Shown piece by piece: positions 59,689-64,000 of a stretch of 64,000 nucleotides of DNA (positions within the stretch are counted from its first letter, which is position 1; each line of letters starts with the position of its first letter). The DNA lies in the IMG/VR virus record IMGVR_UViG_3300044724_003561, one strand, 5' to 3'. The translations under genes were made by a program, and so were the position numbers. Below the pieces are notes generated by a model. The model had not been told where the DNA came from, did no database searches, and saw only the letters and a list, made by a program, of their open reading frames with translations. The stretch is from an uncultured virus (IMG/VR IMGVR_UViG_3300044724_003561). Taxonomy: Duplodnaviria; Heunggongvirae; Uroviricota; Caudoviricetes.

Positions 59689-61872
59689 ATGCCAACAATT
59701 TTACAATTAAGAAGAGGTACTACTGCTGAAAATGATGCCTATACAGGTTCAGTCGGTGAAATAACAGTAGATACTACATTAAACAAAATTCGATTACACG
59801 ATGGATCTACTGCAGGTGGTGACACTATTGGAGATGGATCAGGAAATATTCAAATCGGTGTAACAGGAAATAACGAAATAGATACATCATCAGGAAATCT
59901 TACTATAGATTCAGCTGGTGGTACAGTTACAGTTGATGATAACTTAACAGTATCAGGTAACTTAACAGTATCAGGAACAACTACTACTGTAGACTCAACT
60001 ACTATTGAAGTACAAAACGCTTTAGTATTTGAAGGCAGTACAAGTGACGATTACGAATTAACTTTAACAGCAGGTGACCCTACTGCTGATAGAACAATTA
60101 CTCTTCCAGATACTACTGACACACTAGTTGGTAAAGCAACAATAGATACTTTAACAAACAAAACTTTAACAAGTGCTGTATTAAATACAGCTGTTTCAGG
60201 TACTGCTATATTAGATGAAGACAATATGGCATCTGACTCTGCTACACAACTTGCAACTCAACAATCTATTAAGGCATATGTTGACGCTCAAGTTACAGCT
60301 TCTGATTTAGACTTCCAAGGTGACTCTGGTGGTGCATTATCAATTGATTTAGATAGTGAAACATTTACAGTTGCAGGTGGAACTGCTATTAGCACATCTG
60401 GTTCATCAAATACAGTAACAGTAACACTAGACGACACAGCTGTTTCTGCTGGTTCTTATGGTTCTTCAACTGCAATTCCAACATTTACAGTTGACGCTCA
60501 AGGACGATTAACTGCTGCTGGTACAGCTTCTATATCTTCAAATATGGGAATTGCTGGCGATAGTGGTACAGACACAATCACAGTTGGTACAGATACTTTC
60601 ACAATTGCTGGTGGTACTGGATTAACATCAGCTGCTACAACAGATACAATTACTTTAAACATTGATAGTACTGTTGCAACATTAACTGGTTCTCAAACAC
60701 TTACAAACAAAACAATCGATACTGCTTCTAACACAATTACAATTGTTGAGGCAGATATTTCTGATTTACAATCTTATATAACTGCAAGTTCTTCAGATAC
60801 ATTAACAAATAAAACTATCGCTCTAGGTAGTAACACCGTTTCAGGTACTACTGCTCAGTTTAACTCTGCCCTTTCAGATGGTTCATTTGTTACATTGGCT
60901 GGAACAGAAACGTTAACAAATAAAACTTTAACATCACCTACTATCACAGGCACAGGTGCAATTGCAGGAACATTTACTGGTAACATCACAGGTGACGTAA
61001 CTGGTAATGCTGACACAGCAACAACACTTGAAACTGCTAGAAATATCGGTGGCGTATCATTTGATGGAAGTGCAAACATTGATTTACCTGGCGTTAACAC
61101 AACTGGTAATCAAAATACTTCAGGTTCAGCTGCAACGTTAACAACTGCTAGAACTATTGCTGGCCAATCATTTGATGGTTCTGCTAATATCACAATTGCA
61201 GCTACAGATTTATCTGACACAAACCAATCACTAGCAACTAGTGATAATGTTTCATTTGCTAACTTAACATTAAGTGGTAATTTAACAGTTAATGGTACTA
61301 CAACAACTGTAGCATCTACAAACACAACAATTGCAGATAATTTACTTGAACTAAACTCAGGTGCAACTTCAAACGCAAACGATGCTGGTCTTTTAATCGA
61401 AAGAGGAAGTACTGGTGACAATGCAATTATTGCTTGGGATGAAAGTGCTGACAAATTTGTTGTTGGTACTACAACTGCAACTTCAAGTGACACTGGTGAT
61501 TTAACAATCGCAACCGCTACATTAGTTGCAAACGTTGAAGGAAATCTAACTGGTGATGTAACTGGTGATGTAACAGGTAATGCTGATACAGCAACACTTG
61601 CTGCTGACGCAACAACATTAGCAACGCCTAGAACAATTGCTGGCCAATCATTTGATGGTAGTGCAAACATCTCAATCGCTTCAACTGATTTATCAGATAC
61701 AGCTAGTATTGCGTTATTAGATTCAACACAAACGTTGACAAACAAAACGATTGCTGCTGGATCAAACACGATTTCAGGCCTTACATCTTCACACTTTGCT
61801 AGTGCTGTAACACTAGTAATTAATGATTCATCTGGATCTGCTGTTAAGACAATTGTTGGTTCTGCAAGTTAA
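59689..61872 (+). CDS. Tail fibre-like protein with Mtd/hyaluronidase N-terminal-like domain (727 aa)
   Basis: LQLRRGT...GEITVDT...LHDG.TAGG N-terminus; same repeat modules as the 2249-aa fibre. Confidence 0.8.
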   Translation: MPTILQLRRGTTAENDAYTGSVGEITVDTTLNKIRLHDGSTAGGDTIGDGSGNIQIGVTGNNEIDTSSGNLTIDSAGGTVTVDDNLTVSGNLTVSGTTTTVDSTTIEVQNALVFEGSTSDDYELTLTAGDPTADRTITLPDTTDTLVGKATIDTLTNKTLTSAVLNTAVSGTAILDEDNMASDSATQLATQQSIKAYVDAQVTASDLDFQGDSGGALSIDLDSETFTVAGGTAISTSGSSNTVTVTLDDTAVSAGSYGSSTAIPTFTVDAQGRLTAAGTASISSNMGIAGDSGTDTITVGTDTFTIAGGTGLTSAATTDTITLNIDSTVATLTGSQTLTNKTIDTASNTITIVEADISDLQSYITASSSDTLTNKTIALGSNTVSGTTAQFNSALSDGSFVTLAGTETLTNKTLTSPTITGTGAIAGTFTGNITGDVTGNADTATTLETARNIGGVSFDGSANIDLPGVNTTGNQNTSGSAATLTTARTIAGQSFDGSANITIAATDLSDTNQSLATSDNVSFANLTLSGNLTVNGTTTTVASTNTTIADNLLELNSGATSNANDAGLLIERGSTGDNAIIAWDESADKFVVGTTTATSSDTGDLTIATATLVANVEGNLTGDVTGDVTGNADTATLAADATTLATPRTIAGQSFDGSANISIASTDLSDTASIALLDSTQTLTNKTIAAGSNTISGLTSSHFASAVTLVINDSSGSAVKTIVGSAS

Positions 61873-61938
61873 TAATCAATTAATCTAAACCGATTTTTAG
61901 ACACACCATAATTGCGTCTTTGCAACGCCTGATAATCG

Positions 61939-61946
61939 TATAAATA
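61939..61946 (+). promoter_or_regulatory. T4-type late promoter
   Basis: TATAAATA upstream of gp13. Confidence 0.75.
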
Positions 61947-61962
61947 GTATAAAAGGATTAGT

Positions 61963-62778
61963 ATGGCCAACCCAGCAACAAGAGAAGAATTAAAACAGTA
62001 CGCTTTAAGAACATTAGGCAAGCCTGTCATTGAGATAAATGTAGATGACGATCAGGCTGAAGATAGAATAGATGAAGCGTTACAATATTTCGCACAATAT
62101 CACTATGATGGCGTTGAAAGAACATATCTAAAATATCAAGTTACTCAAGCAGATGTAGATAGAATCAAATCTCCTGATGGAGATACGTCTTCAAGTGTAA
62201 CTAAAAATTCTGTAACTACTGCGTGGACTGAACAAAATAATTTCATAGTAGTGCCAGAAGCTGTATTAGCAGTTACAAGAATATTTCCTCTTTCAAATAG
62301 GGGTAATCAAAATATGTTTGATGTTAGATACCAATTAAGATTAAATGATTTATATGATTTTACATCTTCTTCAGTTATTCATTATGAAATGGTAATGAAA
62401 AATTTAGATATGTTAGATCACATATTAGTTGGTGAAAAACCTATTAGATTTAATCAATATAATAATAAACTATTTGTAGATATGGATTGGAAACATGACA
62501 TATCTGTAGGAGAGTATCTTGTTATTGAGTGTTTTAGAAAACTAGACCCTACCGTTATGACAGACGTTTATAACGACATATACTTAAAAAGATATGTTAC
62601 TGCATTACTTAAAAAACAATGGGGTTCTAACTTATCTAAATTTAATGGTGTTGCAATGTTAGGTGGTGTTACACTTAACGGTCAACAAATATTTTCAGAA
62701 GCACTACAGGATATACAAAAATTAGAAGAAGAAATAAGAGGCACATACGAAACGCCTATAACTTACATGATAGGATAA
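61963..62778 (+). CDS. gp13: Neck protein gp13
   Basis: LKQYALRTLGKPVIEINVDDDQ, YHYDG, KKQWGSNLSKF.G..M.GGVTLNG. Confidence 0.95.
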   Translation: MANPATREELKQYALRTLGKPVIEINVDDDQAEDRIDEALQYFAQYHYDGVERTYLKYQVTQADVDRIKSPDGDTSSSVTKNSVTTAWTEQNNFIVVPEAVLAVTRIFPLSNRGNQNMFDVRYQLRLNDLYDFTSSSVIHYEMVMKNLDMLDHILVGEKPIRFNQYNNKLFVDMDWKHDISVGEYLVIECFRKLDPTVMTDVYNDIYLKRYVTALLKKQWGSNLSKFNGVAMLGGVTLNGQQIFSEALQDIQKLEEEIRGTYETPITYMIG

Positions 62779-62782
62779 TGCC

Positions 62783-63583
62783 ATGCCAATTAATCATTAT
62801 TTCCAAGGTGGCAACGGAATCGGAAACGACTCTGAAAAAAAATTACACGAAGATTTAATTATAGAAGGCCTAAAGATATACGGCCTAGATAATTTTTACT
62901 TACCAAGAACATTAGTCAACAAAGATTTAGTTTTAGGAGAAGATACTCTATCTAAATTTGACCAATCTTACATGATTGAGATGTACATGGAAACTGCTGA
63001 AGGTTTTGGTGGCGAACAAGAATTAGTATCTAAATTTGGTTTAGAAATTAGAGAAGATACAACATTTGTCATTGCAAAAAGAAGATGGCAAAATCAAGTT
63101 GATAATAATGCAAATAGTATAGTAGATGGTAGACCTAACGAAGGTGATTTAATTTATGTGCCTTTGATGAATAGTTTTTTTGAGATACAATTCGTAGAAG
63201 ATCAGGAACCATTCTTTCAATTAGGTAACTTACCTGTCTATAAATTAAGAACAACTAGATTTGAATATTCTAGTGAGAAAATTGATACAGGCAGATCAGA
63301 AATTGATGTTGCTGAAGATAGATTATCTATAGATCAATTACAACATCAATTAACATTAGAAGATGGTGGTGGTATCATGTTAGAGGATTCTGATACTACA
63401 TTAAACACTATAAACTTCTTATTGGCAGAAACACACGAAGATATAAATCTTGCAACACAAACTAGAGATTACGCTGACAACGCCACGTACAACGCTGACG
63501 CTGGGTTTGATACTGCTAGTACAGGTGATGATATACTAGACTTTACAGAAAGAAACCCTTTCGGAGAGGTTGATGAAACATAA
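62783..63583 (+). CDS. gp14: Neck protein gp14
   Basis: YLPRT, IEMY...EGF, SKFGLEI, RPNEGDLIY, FEIQFVE...PFFQLG, NPFGE. Confidence 0.95.
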   Translation: MPINHYFQGGNGIGNDSEKKLHEDLIIEGLKIYGLDNFYLPRTLVNKDLVLGEDTLSKFDQSYMIEMYMETAEGFGGEQELVSKFGLEIREDTTFVIAKRRWQNQVDNNANSIVDGRPNEGDLIYVPLMNSFFEIQFVEDQEPFFQLGNLPVYKLRTTRFEYSSEKIDTGRSEIDVAEDRLSIDQLQHQLTLEDGGGIMLEDSDTTLNTINFLLAETHEDINLATQTRDYADNATYNADAGFDTASTGDDILDFTERNPFGEVDET

Positions 63584-64000
63584 TGTTTGGAAAACAATTC
63601 TACCACGAATCATTAAGAAAGATTGTTGTATCATTTGGTACAATATTCAATAACATTGTCATTGTAAGAAAAGATGGTGACGGTGGTACAATACAAAGAT
63701 TAAAAGTACCTCTATCGTATTCGCCTAAAGAAAAGTTTTTAACAAGATTAGAACAACAACCTAATTTAGATCAAAGAGAAATGGCAATGTCACTACCTCG
63801 TATGGGTTTTGAAATTGCTGGTTTGTCTTATGACTCATCTCGTAAGTTACAAAGAGTTGGTAAGTTTAAAAATGTAAATACTTCAGACGCAACTAAACAA
63901 TATTATCAATACAATCCTGTACCTTACAATTTGTCATTTAACTTATATTCATTTACAGCAACTGCTGAAGATGGTCTATGTATTATAGAACAAATACTAC
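63583..64000 (+). CDS. gp15: Tail sheath stabilizer/terminator gp15 (partial)
   Basis: Manual translation MFGKQFYHESLRKIVVSFGTIFNNI...KVPLSYSPKEKFL...LPRMGFE...YDSSRKL; open to window end. Confidence 0.93.
   Translation, partial: MFGKQFYHESLRKIVVSFGTIFNNIVIVRKDGDGGTIQRLKVPLSYSPKEKFLTRLEQQPNLDQREMAMSLPRMGFEIAGLSYDSSRKLQRVGKFKNVNTSDATKQYYQYNPVPYNLSFNLYSFTATAEDGLCIIEQIL

Noticed and set aside
49769..61769. Long minus-strand ORFs (e.g. 52745..53383, 53423..54316, 61110..61769) opposite the fibre genes
   Set aside because: Antisense shadows of Thr/Ala/Gly/Ser-rich coding sequence; Val/Pro-rich translations that mirror the sense repeats, with no promoter or SD noticed
52236..61872. Repeats as a CRISPR array or non-coding repeat element
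   Set aside because: The repeats are in-frame, vary mainly at third codon positions and have no repeat-spacer periodicity; no cas genes seen
59689..61872. Diversity-generating retroelement suggested by the Mtd-like N-terminus
   Set aside because: No reverse transcriptase in the window, and no repeat pair with adenine-specific mismatches noticed; only the N-terminal domain is Mtd-like
1..64000. tRNA, rRNA, intron or homing endonuclease genes
   Set aside because: Intergenic gaps are short and AT-rich with no cloverleaf noticed; no HNH, GIY-YIG or LAGLIDADG motifs recognised

Overview
This window is a 64-kb AT-rich segment of a T4-like myovirus genome. Gene order, base composition and accessory genes suggest a marine, probably alphaproteobacterial (SAR11/Pelagibacter-like) host; this is inference, not seen directly. 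It runs from a small host-promoter cassette through the baseplate block (gp5.4 PAAR, gp25, gp6, gp7-like, gp9/10-like fibre, gp8, a 2028-aa DUF4815/VrlC-like protein) into a ~29-kb enzyme island (19.7-48.4 kb). It ends with a cluster of repeat-built fibre genes and the neck/tail genes gp13, gp14 and gp15 (partial). The island is the most striking part, and its main operons start at back-to-back T4 late-promoter motifs (TATAAATA/CATAAATA). The leftward operon resembles amino-sugar/glycan tailoring: glycosyltransferases, a DegT aminotransferase, three radical SAM enzymes, and a carbamoyltransferase fused to one of them. The rightward operon has two repeated blocks, each with one cobalamin-dependent radical SAM enzyme, one protein with a degenerate domain and three 2OG-Fe(II) oxygenases. 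These are followed by a BtuB-like vitamin B12 receptor, a DUF6580-like membrane protein and a TctA/TctC-type carboxylate transporter, so the phage appears to import the cofactors its own enzymes need. Other notable signals are a plug-and-socket pattern of terminal motifs in the fibre genes, DNA module exchange between fibre genes, predicted leaderless late mRNAs and an RBS-sequestering hairpin around a late promoter. All product calls come from motifs read by eye, with no database search.
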